A stretch of DNA of 64,000 bases from Mayamaea pseudoterrestris (lineage: Eukaryota): contig BROI01000010.1 of assembly GCA_027923505.1 (NCBI GenBank), positions 124,001 to 188,000 on the forward strand. The letters are read 5' to 3'. How positions within the stretch are numbered: position 1 is the stretch's first letter; every line of letters starts with the position of its first letter. Positions 26,301 through 37,465 of the stretch are shown here, in pieces. The notes beneath the pieces were generated by a model that made no database searches, had not been told where the DNA came from, and saw nothing but the letters and a program-made list of their open reading frames with translations. The position numbers and the translations under genes are program-made.

Positions 26301-27783
26301 CCACAGCTCTGGCCCAAGCTCGTTACCCAGTGTATCTCCCAGTGGCCTCCAGTGCCTCTACCTAGCAGCCAACCAAGTGCAGCTCCAAGCACCAGTCCCA
26401 GCTCAACCCCCAGTGCACAGCACCCAGCGTCCAAGCTCTTTGCCCAGCGCTGGTCCAAGTGCTTCACCCAGTATTTCACCCAGTGCATTGCCAAGTGCTT
26501 CTCCCAGTGCCCAGCCAAGTGGTGGACCAAGCCCTTGAACCAAGCTTCAACCAAGCGCTGCACCCAGCATTTCACCCAGTGCATCACCCAGCTCCAGCCC
26601 AGGCTCTCACCAAGTGAGTGCCACCCAAGTGCATCACCCAGTGAGTCTCCAGCTTCACCCAGTGCCTCACCAAGCAGTCACCCAGTGCAGACGTGCTGCT
26701 CCAAGCGCTTCACCCAGCAGCATGCCATCTGCGCCTAGCTCATCTCCCAGTGCTGCACCATCCAGTGCCCCAAGCTCATTTCCAAGTGAAACGCCAAGTG
26801 GTTCACCAAGCAGCGCCCCAACTGCCAGTGCCTCACCCAGCTCATCTCAGCGCCAGCGCCAGTGCATCCCAAGCAGTTCACCAAGTGCAACACCCAGTGG
26901 TAGCCCAAGTCCCAGTGCCAGCCCAAGTTGTCCCGCAGCTCCAACGAGTCCCAGTGCTCACCAAGTGCAGGCCCCAGCTCTGCCCAAGCATCACCCAGTT
27001 CATCTCCCAGTGCGACTCCAGTGCCTCACCTAGCAGTAGACCAAGTTCAGCTCCAAGCAGCAGTCCCAGCAACCCCAGCGCAGCACCCAGCACAATCTTG
27101 CCCAGCGCTGGTCCGGCCCCCAGTATCTCACCCAGTGCATTACCAAGTGCTTCTCGTGCAGCCAAGCGGTAGCCCAAGTTCTCCCCAAGTGTTACCAGCT
27201 CAACCAAGTGTGCATCACCCAGCTCCAGCGCCAAGCTTCACCAAGCTGCTCCAAGCATCACCCAGTCTCCAAGTGCCACACCCAGGCAGTCCCAGTTCAT
27301 CACCGAGTGCGTCTCCCAGTTTTGCACCGAGCAGCAGCCCCAGTGCATTTCCCAGTGCATCACCAAGTGCTTGCAACCAAGTACTCCCAAGACCAAGTAC
27401 TCCCAAGTTCTGCACCAAGCAGCACTCCCAGCGTTTCTCCAAGCAACAGTCCGAGCTCATTGCCGAGCACATCTCCTACTCTTGCTCCAATCTTGAGTGG
27501 ACGCAGACTCTTGCATGATCCACTCACTTCAAATAGCAATGAAAATGACGCAATTACGGCATTACCAGCCTTGAAGGAGGCACGCACACACCGTCCTAAC
27601 AATCAAACAAAAGCATCGCGTCGCCGCTCATTGTGTGCAGACGGAAGCAAAGGAAAGAAGAACTGCAAAGATGCTAATCTGCTTTTTGACAAAAATGGTG
27701 ACGAAACCTTGAAAACCATTAAATCACACTACATTAACGATGCCTCCGCACACAAGACAGGCAACTTGCGGAAACGGCAATAA
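17344..27783 (+). CDS. Giant secreted mucin/silaffin-like repeat protein (~3,400 aa if frameshifts are errors); introns 17953-18025 and 18077-18149
   Basis: Signal peptide, Cys-containing N-domain, KPT/RPT block, ~8.5 kb of PSxx tetrapeptides, then GRRLL and a basic tail. Apparent frameshifts at ~19060-19140, 22585 and within 23900-27400. Confidence 0.8.
19140..27200 (+). repeat. Coding higher-order repeat: 732-bp (244-aa) unit built from 12-bp PSxx monomers
   Basis: Identical antisense ORFs recur at 19288, 20020, 20752, 21484, 22216, 22949 and 23681 (period 732, one step of 733). Confidence 0.92.
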
Positions 27784-28653
27784 ACATAGAATATATAAAA
27801 CACACTGTAATTTCTTTGAACAAAAACTTTGTCTGATAGTAGAAGCTTTCATTACATTTTTTGGAACAGCCCTTGCATCTTCAATGAGAAAAAGAATGGC
27901 AACCACTACAGGCACTATATGCATGCTACGGCCCGCTATACAGGGTGGATTGAGTCCATGAGGTGGAAGGGGCATGCGAATGCTACCGCTAGAAGTGAGG
28001 ACATTATATAATGTCTGCTTGGTATTCTATGACATGGCTCATGTTACAACAATTTCAATATTTGCACTGGGCAAGTGCCCCACGTGAACTTTAGCTACCT
28101 GTGTTATTGACTCACTGTCCAGCATTTCCGTAGATTTGACTTTGAAACGTACTTCCATAGCCATGAATATTCTAATCTAGACAAAAATTACATTTTGAAT
28201 GTATGAAGTTTATATAAGCTACTCGTACAGTTGCGTATGATGTACAAACCTTTGCATTGCCTTAACCCAGATGGTTGGAACAGATTCCGAAAGAATTGTC
28301 GGTATTGCGTTGACATGATATTGCGTGAATAGAGCATCCACCGAGTCGCGTAATGTTCACTGGGGCAGAGGAGAATGCCTTGCCGCCTTGCATTGCTCGT
28401 CGCCGCCCTAACTTGATCTCAGCATAGAAACTTGATCCGTTTGCCGTTAAAGCAACATTGTTTGCACAATCATGTCGCACTTGCTCGAATTCTCGGTGGA
28501 ACTTGCCAAACCATTTGCAAGTCGTCTTGAAGCCAAAGCGTCCGCACATCATGCACAATCATTCATTGTAGGAAAAATGGGAAGTCGATAGAAAATGTAA
28601 TAGTGTAGAGGGTGATGTGTGAATGTCGTGCGTAATGGGTGCTGACGCTTTTG

Positions 28654-29376
28654 CTAGTACCAGGTAATTGAGCCTTGCCAGAACGAGTCATTGTCAAACT
28701 CGTCCATGCTGCATGTCAAGGTTTGGAGCGCGTCATTGTGCAAGACAACGACGCGCGAAATCAAAAATGAAGCGGAGGCGTCGTCCTCGTCGTCAAGCAA
28801 TTGCGTTTGCTTGGATGATGGAGCCTCGTCAACAACGTCGTCGTCGCTGGACGAGTCGGATTGCAGCCTGCGTTCGAGTCTGTACTCGGAACGAAATCTA
28901 TAAAAGATAATGAGTGGCAAGAAGGTGAGACAATGTTATTATTACAAGTAACCGCAAAGCATAGTCAACGCAAGGATCGAGCAGTTCCAAGCAGGCTGTA
29001 GTCGTATCAGCCGCGCCGTTGAACGGTACTCACGTAGAGCCACTACTGCATCGCTACTAGCGACTCACCTTGCAACGTCTTCCACCGAGTAGTAGAGGTC
29101 CTCAACGTCGGCCATGGGTGTGTACGGCCGAAACCATGTATCCGTCACGACATGTTCGAAGAAGGAGACTCGTCGCTCACACTCTGACATGGACGACGAG
29201 TCGCTCAACGAGGTCGTGGAAAGGGTATCCGCATCGTCGCCGCCCGAACACTGGTGCAACTGACACCAATCGCCTTCATTGACGAGCACAAATCCTTCAC
29301 ATGACTCTATAGGCGTCCTTATTGACTGCGAGTCGAATACTTTTAGTATACTTTCATGCTGTAGTGTGATTGTCAT
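28654..29376 (-). CDS. Hypothetical diatom-type protein (intron 28898-29068)
   Basis: RRVSF..VVTD.W.RP.T....EDLYYS.EDVAR|FRSEYR motif spliced through a gtgagt...tag intron. Confidence 0.7.
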
Positions 29377-29476
29377 GGTCTCAAGAGAGCAAACAAAATC
29401 TTGTTGGGTTTTTGTGCGTGACGCTCGGCCTGGCTGGATCGTGATCGCGCGTTTTCTCGCCGCGACCCTTGCGCTA

Positions 29477-29869
29477 CGAATTGCGTTTCGACTGGCTAAA
29501 ATTCGGCAAAATTCGTCTTCAGGCGGCACGAAGCAACATAATGTTGCTTCGCTTGACGCTACCGAAAATCACTCATCCACGACCAACATGGCGGCCATGC
29601 CAGCATTTACAGCTCTATACTACTCTATACTAGTTATCTATCAGTATTTTATCCATGTAAATGTAGCAGTTAGAGCATGGAGGATCCATTTTTGCCTCTT
29701 GTTTGTTCGTTCCATTGGAATTGCCACGCCGTCAGGTAAAGATCCGGGTTCTGGTGCGCTTGTGTGGTTCGACGCGTAGACGCGCGTAGCGAAACGAGGC
29801 TGCAAAAAGTCGCTTCGTGCCGCCTGAAGGCAAATTTTGCCGAATTTTAGCCAGTCGAAACGCAATTCG
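29477..29869. mobile_element. MITE (Tc1/mariner-like, TA target duplication)
   Basis: ~60-bp terminal inverted repeats (cgaattgcgtttcgactggctaaaattcggcaaaatt...) with few mismatches; TA on both sides (29475-76, 29870-71); no transposase. Confidence 0.75.
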
Positions 29870-30941
29870 TAGCGATTCCGAGGGCATCCGGCAAGTGACT
29901 GTTTGTCGTGAAAAGAAGGTTGGCGTCAGCGCGTTGTCAACGAATTCCGTTAAGTAATTGAGTGATGCTACGACATAAAGTGTCATTCCCAAGAGATCAC
30001 GGGCGAATGGGAGCGCCTCCACCACGTGGACAAACGTCAATGGCTTGAAGTACTCCTCCAATTCAGGCATGGCAAATACCGCGGAGTCGGCCACCATGTT
30101 GTCGCGGTGCACGTTCGCCATCAATCGATGAGGAGTGCGTTGATTCCACTCTTGGATGGGAATCGCCTCTATTGTCCGTCCGTGTGGCTATTCGGCGGCA
30201 AGACGATGGTCCCGCATGACTGCACCGTGTCGGAGGCTCTTGCAGAGTGTCGGACCCAATCTGCATGATGTCAAGGAATAACATCTTCAGCTAAGAGTCA
30301 GTCATCTATTTGTATGATGCGATGGCATGCATGTCAAACAAACCAGTCATATTAACACATTCTGGTAGTACTGTCATAGCTAGTATTGCCTGTCCGCTTG
30401 TCCGTCTCGTCCAAGAATGACGCGAGCGATCAAGGCCACATGGCCACGTCAGTCGCGCTGGTCCGTTGCGGCGCCGAAACGCCAGCGGTCGACGATTGCA
30501 AAGCAGCGAGCGTGTGATGTGTCTCCTTCGAGTCCACATCTGCTCCAAAAACACATTCGCGGGGCGGGGAGGTGGTAGGATCAATGGTTTCACAACGCTT
30601 ACAAAGACTTTGCGCGCTCCGCGCGCACAAACACTGCTAAGTAGTATATACAGTCAAATTGACACTGGCCTTCAAAGCAACCATTTGATGGCTTGTGCCA
30701 ACAATTCTGTCTATATAGAACACAAGGAGAGGCGAGATATAGCCGTAATTGAGTGTATAACTCTTTGAGAGCATACTCCTAACAGAGGCATTGTGTTTTG
30801 GGATAGCTAACACGGTCATTGTGAGGGTCATTGCATGCGCCAAAAGCGAAACGTCATGCAGTCGCAGTGGCAGCGCACCAATTAATGTCGTGAAGCATGT
30901 TCGGATAGATCCTACCACAATAAAGGAAACATCACATCAAA

Positions 30942-31718
30942 ATGACTTTTGTTCGCTCTCTACTTGTCTGCGTCTTGCTCGCGGCGGTTCCAGTTTCCGC
31001 CTTTACTGCTTCGTCGTCTCGTTCAGCTGCACCGTTGAAGTGTCAGCCCCTTTTATCCGCAACCCTCGCTGCTCCATCAACTGCCGACGACCATGATCAG
31101 GTCAATCTCTACACCATTTTGGGCGCCACTGGAACCGAAACGCGCCAGGAACTCAAGCAACTATATCGAAGTTGCGCCAAGCGCCTTCATCCGGATGCCG
31201 TTGCAGCAGCAGCAACGAGTAAATCATGTTCATCAGACGATTTCTCCCAAGTCGCCCACGCTTATAATATATTGAGCAACCCCAGGGAGCGGCGGAACTA
31301 CGATCGAGCGCTACTGGCCGAGCAATTCACGCAGCAAGCTTGTCAAGCGGTCGAGCGCGTGGTGGAACAAGCCGCCAAGAACGTGGCGAGTGCATTGGAT
31401 TGGATGAATGATGCAATGCAGCAGCAGCAACAACAAACGAGAAATAATGTACAATGTCGAAGGCAGCAGCAGAAACAAAAGCGCAATCCATTACAAATGC
31501 CATGGATGAAGCAGATTCAAAAACAAGCGTCGTCTACGTGGTCGGACGCTGCCCGCAAAGTTTCGTCCGCCACGAGCAGCAGCAGCCGTACCTTTCGCAC
31601 TCCATCTATTGACTGGCAGCGTTTGCTGCACACGCATCTAGCAATGACGGCAACGGCAGCCTTGGTGATAAGCGTGCAGCTACTGAGCTGGAACGATGCG
31701 GCGGCGACGGCGGCGTAA
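30942..31718 (+). CDS. DnaJ-domain protein, predicted plastid-targeted
   Basis: Signal peptide + VSA-F; LYTILG...HPDA...AYNILSNPRERRNYD; C-terminal hydrophobic segment. Confidence 0.85.
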   Translation: MTFVRSLLVCVLLAAVPVSAFTASSSRSAAPLKCQPLLSATLAAPSTADDHDQVNLYTILGATGTETRQELKQLYRSCAKRLHPDAVAAAATSKSCSSDDFSQVAHAYNILSNPRERRNYDRALLAEQFTQQACQAVERVVEQAAKNVASALDWMNDAMQQQQQQTRNNVQCRRQQQKQKRNPLQMPWMKQIQKQASSTWSDAARKVSSATSSSSRTFRTPSIDWQRLLHTHLAMTATAALVISVQLLSWNDAAATAA

Positions 31719-32026
31719 AATAATATTGAGCGACGCAACATGGAGACACGCGCTGCAAACAGTTGAAAGCCGCATTCCGCATATGCAATCAAACAAAAGT
31801 ATACCAGTAGACTGTGAAGATCGTATCTTCGGTCTCGCTCGATTGGCATCCCATGTACAACTATCACTACATATACAGTCAAGTAAAGTATTTCAAAATG
31901 GTTTAAAAATGTCATGTATTTCAGAATGGTTTAAAAATTGTCATGTAGCGCCGATGGCGTATAAAAATGTAGTCAAAAATGACAAAATAGATGAAAAAAT
32001 CGTCTCGCATCACGCAAGCAATCGCA

Positions 32027-33435
32027 TCAACCTTGCACACAGACCAAGTCGCTCACGTTGCTCACGTCTCCCTTTCGCAGCCGCAATATTTCGTCGCGCA
32101 GCATGCATTGCATCTGCCGCATGCTGCAGCGCTCCTGAATCGAGGCAGCCCAGCCGCGCTGCAGCATTTCGCGAATGGATGGGCTCCAAAATGGCTTGAC
32201 TGGTGGGCGCTGGTGGTTGTGGCAGACGCGCTGGATGTGCTGCGAAGCATAGTCAATGGATGTAGCTGATGGTGTCTTTATGGATGCTGTGAAAAATCCC
32301 ATTTTATAAGGCTGCTCGAGTGCGAGCATTTCCCACAGCACCAGGGTAAAGCTATAGACGTCTGCCTTTTCGTTGTAGTGCTGGCCAAGCAAGACTTCTG
32401 GTCCCATGAAGCGCATGGAGCCAGTCATGTGCGTCAAGCAATAGGTTTCGTCGGCACGCATTTCGTTGGGGTTCAAAACGCGCGCCAAGCCAAAGTCAAA
32501 CAGCTTAATGTCGTCGTGCTAATATTGTGAAAGAAGTGAACAATTGATTGAGTGGATGATCAAGCAGGCGAACAGAACGACTGACATGACACTACACCAG
32601 CTACAACAAACACAAAACTCACCTCATCAAACGCCATGTTGCTCGGTTTAATGTCACGATGCATCATGTTCCGGTCGTGCATGTATCGAATGGCATCGCA
32701 AATGTCGTAAGCAATCAGCAGACGATGGGCGCGCTGCTGGTTGGCTTGGCCCGTGAGCAAATGGCGAAGTGATCCACCCGCGTGATGTTGGTGGCGCCAC
32801 TTGCATACGCGCTGGCGCAGCGTATCATACAAGCGATCCATGATTAAAAAGTAGTCCGAGTTACTATTCAGGCGGGCAGTGCCGCGGAGTTTGATAATGT
32901 TGGGATGCGCCAACGCTTGGAGGCACGTTGCTTCCTTATGTAGGTCCGCCACAAAAAGCGCTTTATCTTCATTATGCACTGCTTGGTGCAACTGCTTGAT
33001 GGCGAAGCGGTAGGCTCCAGCCCATAGTAGCAGTTGCTGCATCGCAATCTTGTTGGATCCGCTTCCTTGCATGGCTCGAATCTCGTGCACGTTGCAAAAG
33101 TTGCCGCGACCAAGCAGTCGTCCCAGCACAAGGTCGTTGCGATCAAACGAAGCGACTGGATAGGCGGCTGGGAGAGTCGTTGCGTGTCTTGCGGCGTCGC
33201 TGTCGCCAACATCCTTTGGTTGCTCATCCCCATGACACTCCTTGACGGCCCAATGATCGGATCGCAACGACGTCATGGAATCGGTAAAGGAAATTACTTC
33301 GCTGCCGTTTGCGCCAACACACTTGGAGCAGCCATCGTCGGCCGCAAGAAGTACCTCGGGCGGAATGTAAATGGCTTCGCGGCGAGATGGAGAAGTGTCG
33401 GTTCGTTGCCACGTATTATTGTTGCGCCTCGCCAT
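32027..33435 (-). CDS. Ser/Thr (TKL-like) protein kinase (intron 32519-32622)
   Basis: LGRGNF, AIK, HRDIKPSN, DFGLA, GSMRFMGPE and DVYSF motifs; start codon uncertain. Confidence 0.9.
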
Positions 33436-33883
33436 GTTGCTGCGACTCCACCACATGTCTTTGATGGCAACGATCAAACTTGATTTTGTTTTGAATGGCA
33501 AGAGAAGCACGAGCAAACGGTCCATTGCGAGGTTGATTGGTAGTCGTCCTTTCGCAAGCGCCTCGTGTATTGCCACGCATGTGCCCCGTATCTTTCAAGA
33601 AAAAAAGTCCGGAGTTTCATGTGAATAGTGGCTTTTGATTGGACCATGGCAGTGATGCACGAGGTCCTGAAAAGTCATGGGCAATGGTGATACGAACGAA
33701 AATGACTGTAAGTCTGGCGTGTCGGTCACCTTCAAGCGCCAAAAAAGCAACAAGTGTGAATGAAAACGAATGGCCATTGGACAAGGTCGGCTGCCGCCGT
33801 TGGCACTGACCCAGCCTTTGGAGTTAGATGGCAGGTTGGCCTATCAGTGGGCGGTTGCAATGGATAGGCAGTCACGTGTTTCA

Positions 33884-34082
33884 CTGTTCGCAAGAGACAG
33901 CAATTGGGTAGCTATCCGACTATGGCCTGCACACAACTGCCGTAGCTAACAGCCTTTTGCGGGACCTGTTCGCGAGGCTCTTCCTAACTGTTCGCAAAAG
34001 ACAGCGGTCGGGTAGCTATCCATCTACTGCCTTCACAAGCGCCACGCCTACAGTTCGCAAGATACAGCGGTCGGGTAGCTAT
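33884..34082. repeat. Three imperfect ~34-bp direct repeats upstream of the kinase
   Basis: ctgttcgcaaRagacagc..tgggtagctat at 33884, 33988 and 34051. Confidence 0.75.
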
Positions 34083-34510
34083 GTGACATATTTTGTCGCA
34101 CTGGGTTACGCACGCACAGACTCACACACGCAGGGACGCGTAAAACTTTTAACTCACTGAGCCCGTTCCGGGTCAGTGAAAACCCTGCATAGGGAATTGT
34201 TTGGCATCTGCGCCACGCTTGACATGCGACAGTGCGATGAATAAGTCTTATATGCGTGCGATGCGTAAAAGCAGTATCACTATCGTGGACAAGTCGTGTC
34301 ATTTATATGTTTAACTGTCTTATTGCTCTATTCACATTAATATCATACTGCACTTTGTTTATCGACTGATGCATCACAGTGAGGGGGTTCGTACCGGTAC
34401 CGATAGCTTTACCTCGTTGACAACAGTTCACTTGGCAACCAAAGGTAGAGTGAATGCCCAAGTCGTGCTTTTTATAGTAGCACATTATACCACCACGACG
34501 AGATACAATC

Positions 34511-36067
34511 TTACGCTTGCTTCCACTCCTGTGCGCGCTGTGTCAGCACGTTTGCTCGTGATGTATATCGCGCTGCCGTTGCCTCTAGCTGCTCGTACTC
34601 GGCTGCCAGTGTTCGCTCCTCGTTCCTGAGTCGTTCAATCTCCTGCAAGTACTTGTCACTGTCGTCATGGTCCATGTGATTACTGACATCCGACAAGATG
34701 TCTGCTGCTCCACGCACTTCCGTCTTTTCCTTGCGCACCAAGTGTCTACGAACCCGCTCCGACTGCGTCGCCAAAAAGTGGCTCCGTCGCTCCATGCGAC
34801 TGCTCGTGGTTTCCAGTTCCGTTTTGGCAAAGCAGAGTGCATCCGCCACCTTGTTCAGTGACGCTTTGGTGACTGCCACTTGCGCTAAAGCTCGCTCCAG
34901 TGCCAGTCGGGCGTTTGCTTCGGCAACCTTGGCACGCTTGAGTTCCATTTGGAGCGTGACTTGCTGCTGCAGCGTTTTTTGATACGCGGCCTGTGCAACA
35001 CTATCCGCTTGCTGCGACTCTACATATTCGTTTTCAGCCTTTTTCAAACTTTCAATCTCATCCTTGACCGTGTTGCGCAGCAGTAAGCGATCCATCATGG
35101 TCAATTCATCGAGTCGCGTAACATTAAACTCGGAAAGACAATACAAGGCATCCTCCGCCGTCAAGCCCGACTGCGGAACGTGAATGGCCAGTTGGATGCG
35201 CCGCTCGGCGAGCTGGCGACGTTTCTCATGTACGGCTCGAGCTTGAGCGAGCGTTTCATTGGCGCGAAGGTACAATTCAGCACTCTTTTCGGTCAGCTCC
35301 ATCGAGTCCACGCACTTGCCGGCGCGCTTGGCGGCGGCCATGGCCTTTTCAAAAGTTTGCCGCAAGTCCGTGCTTCCGCCACTACTGGTGAATGTAGCGT
35401 TCGCATCATTTGTCGTGTTGCCGCTACTCAGCGTCGTCGCATTATTAGACAACTTTTGCATATTGTTGTTGTTCGCATAGTACTCTTGAGACACTGCTTG
35501 GAGACCCGCCAATGTCGTCGCCGTGGTGCGTCGCAAAAACGGCACGGCCACTTGATCCAAGACTTGCGTCATGGCCGGCGCCGCCTTGCGACCCAGTCGG
35601 TCGGCCCAACTGACCACATTTCGACTAAACCGGGCCGCCTGCAGCGAGCGGTCGTACTTGATGCGTTGCTTGGGGTCCGCCAAAGTCTTGTAGGCGGCGG
35701 CAATCTCGGAAAAGTCGGTGCTTGAGAATGGTATAGTAGTATTGGTAGTAGCAGTCATGTTGTTGTCGTTGTCGCTAGTGGCATTCTTTCGCAATGCATC
35801 AGGGTGATGCTGCTTGGCCAGCGTCGTGTAGAGCAGCTTGAGCTCTCGCTTGGTTTCGGAACCATTGGCGCCGAGGATTTCGTAGAGTGTTCGTTCAGTG
35901 GCATGTAGTGCAAACGAGTGTCTCCAATGATTGCGACAAGGTGCATGTGGATTGGATTGGAAGGCAGTCGAAAAGGCTGTTGCTGCTCTCCTCTTCGTTG
36001 ATATTGTAGCGACAACTAGCAAAAGACGCCATATTCGATAGTGACGTTGTGAACATTTGTTTGGCAT
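34511..36067 (-). CDS. DnaJ-domain protein with long coiled coil, predicted plastid-targeted
   Basis: Signal + ATA-F; LYEILG...HHPDA...AYKTLADPKQRIKYD; coiled-coil C-half. Confidence 0.88.
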   Translation of the reverse strand: MPNKCSQRHYRIWRLLLVVATISTKRRAATAFSTAFQSNPHAPCRNHWRHSFALHATERTLYEILGANGSETKRELKLLYTTLAKQHHPDALRKNATSDNDNNMTATTNTTIPFSSTDFSEIAAAYKTLADPKQRIKYDRSLQAARFSRNVVSWADRLGRKAAPAMTQVLDQVAVPFLRRTTATTLAGLQAVSQEYYANNNNMQKLSNNATTLSSGNTTNDANATFTSSGGSTDLRQTFEKAMAAAKRAGKCVDSMELTEKSAELYLRANETLAQARAVHEKRRQLAERRIQLAIHVPQSGLTAEDALYCLSEFNVTRLDELTMMDRLLLRNTVKDEIESLKKAENEYVESQQADSVAQAAYQKTLQQQVTLQMELKRAKVAEANARLALERALAQVAVTKASLNKVADALCFAKTELETTSSRMERRSHFLATQSERVRRHLVRKEKTEVRGAADILSDVSNHMDHDDSDKYLQEIERLRNEERTLAAEYEQLEATAARYTSRANVLTQRAQEWKQA

Positions 36068-36370
36068 GGTATATAGCTAGCAAGTCTGCTTAAGGTATTG
36101 GATAAAGTAGATTCATGTTCATTGAACCATGGGTGCGGTTTCGGATGCAAACGACGGAAGCCTTGGCAGAAGGTAGCATTCGTTGGCGTTCGTTATATCG
36201 ATCGTGCATGACTCGATGTGACGTTTTGCGCACCATGGTGAGTGATACGAGTCGTGCACATGAGTCACGACCTTAACGTCAGCACGTTTGCGACGTCCGT
36301 TTCCACCATGGCACGACAGCTCGCTTATATGAACCAACGCTGTATAGCTTTTAATCCAACAAAACTTGCG

Positions 36371-37465
36371 ATGGAACCTAATCTTACATCCACGGTGGAC
36401 GACTCACCAAGCGAAAGACAGTCAGTGCGAGATGCTATCGCAAATGATGCAGCATCGCATCCAGCAGTGCGACCATCAACTTCGCATGGTGCTCCTGCTT
36501 CTTCCATCTTGCAAAAAACAGTCCCAATTCCATGGCAGCATCCTGCTCTACCAGCTAATACTGACACTACCAGCAGGAGCAAGTCCCTGCGTCTGGCTTT
36601 ATTGGGATGCGAGCCAAACCCTCCCTACGGTCCCAATGAGCATACGGCGCAGCTGTTCCTCGACTTATTTGCACTCTGCTGCATGCGTCACGAGGAGCAG
36701 CAGAAACACAATGGTTGCAACATCAATACAACGTTATCATGGACATTGACGCTGGAAATATTCAACGTACAACTGAACGAGTATCCAGTCGACTATGCAA
36801 CATATGACGGCTTCATCATTCCAGGCAGTTTCGCGGCAGCCTACGACGCGACGGATTGGATCACCAGACTGCAATCTGTCATTCAAGACGAACTAGTCGC
36901 GCACTCTCGTCCAACGCTTGGGGTTTGCTTTGGTCATCAAGTCGTAGCTCATTCGTTTCGAAACAGTGGACGCGCCGTGAAATCGCCGAGCGGTGCCCGA
37001 GCAGGTCGGCAAACCATGCAGTGGACGGACGCGGGCAAGCGCTTGTTTCAAACTGACTCAAACACGGTTGACATGTTTGTCACGCATGGAGATGTGGTGG
37101 ATCAGCTGCCGCCAACAGCAGTGAATCTGGGAGGGTGCGATCACGTTGAAATTCAAGCGGCAGCCTACTTTGACACGATTGAACAGGCCGAAGCAGTTCG
37201 CAGCGAAAGCAGCACCAATTCGCATGCAACATGTAGACCATACGCCATTACCTTGCAGGCGCACCCCGAGTACGCGTGCGACAGAGAGCTTGGCGTCCAG
37301 CGCACCTTGTTTGACTGCGTGGCGGCCATGGTCCAGCGAAACGTTGTGGATGAGACGGTGGCCCAGCATCTCCGGCAAGACGCCTTGGATAGTTTCGACG
37401 CGGTCCAAGCGCAAAGCGTGGAAATCATGACGAAAGCATGTCGGTTGCTGGGGTGGTTTGACTGA
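36371..37465 (+). CDS. Class I glutamine amidotransferase-like (gamma-glutamyl peptidase-type) protein
   Basis: IIPGS, LGVCFGHQ (nucleophile Cys) and QAHPEY (His-x-Glu) motifs. Confidence 0.88.
   Translation: MEPNLTSTVDDSPSERQSVRDAIANDAASHPAVRPSTSHGAPASSILQKTVPIPWQHPALPANTDTTSRSKSLRLALLGCEPNPPYGPNEHTAQLFLDLFALCCMRHEEQQKHNGCNINTTLSWTLTLEIFNVQLNEYPVDYATYDGFIIPGSFAAAYDATDWITRLQSVIQDELVAHSRPTLGVCFGHQVVAHSFRNSGRAVKSPSGARAGRQTMQWTDAGKRLFQTDSNTVDMFVTHGDVVDQLPPTAVNLGGCDHVEIQAAAYFDTIEQAEAVRSESSTNSHATCRPYAITLQAHPEYACDRELGVQRTLFDCVAAMVQRNVVDETVAQHLRQDALDSFDAVQAQSVEIMTKACRLLGWFD

Noticed and set aside
18047..27500. Very long antisense (LGxx) and alternative-frame (HPV/QAL) ORFs, up to 1596 and 2042 aa
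   Set aside because: Shadows of the 12-bp PSxx repeat, which lacks stops in those frames; only the P/S frame has a signal peptide and splice sites.
31888..31947. Short ~28-bp tandem duplication (also a 16-bp one at 8981-9012)
   Set aside because: Ordinary slippage duplications with no sign of function.
33884..34082. Mini CRISPR array
   Set aside because: Only three degenerate repeats with unequal, mutually similar spacers; eukaryotic context and no cas genes.
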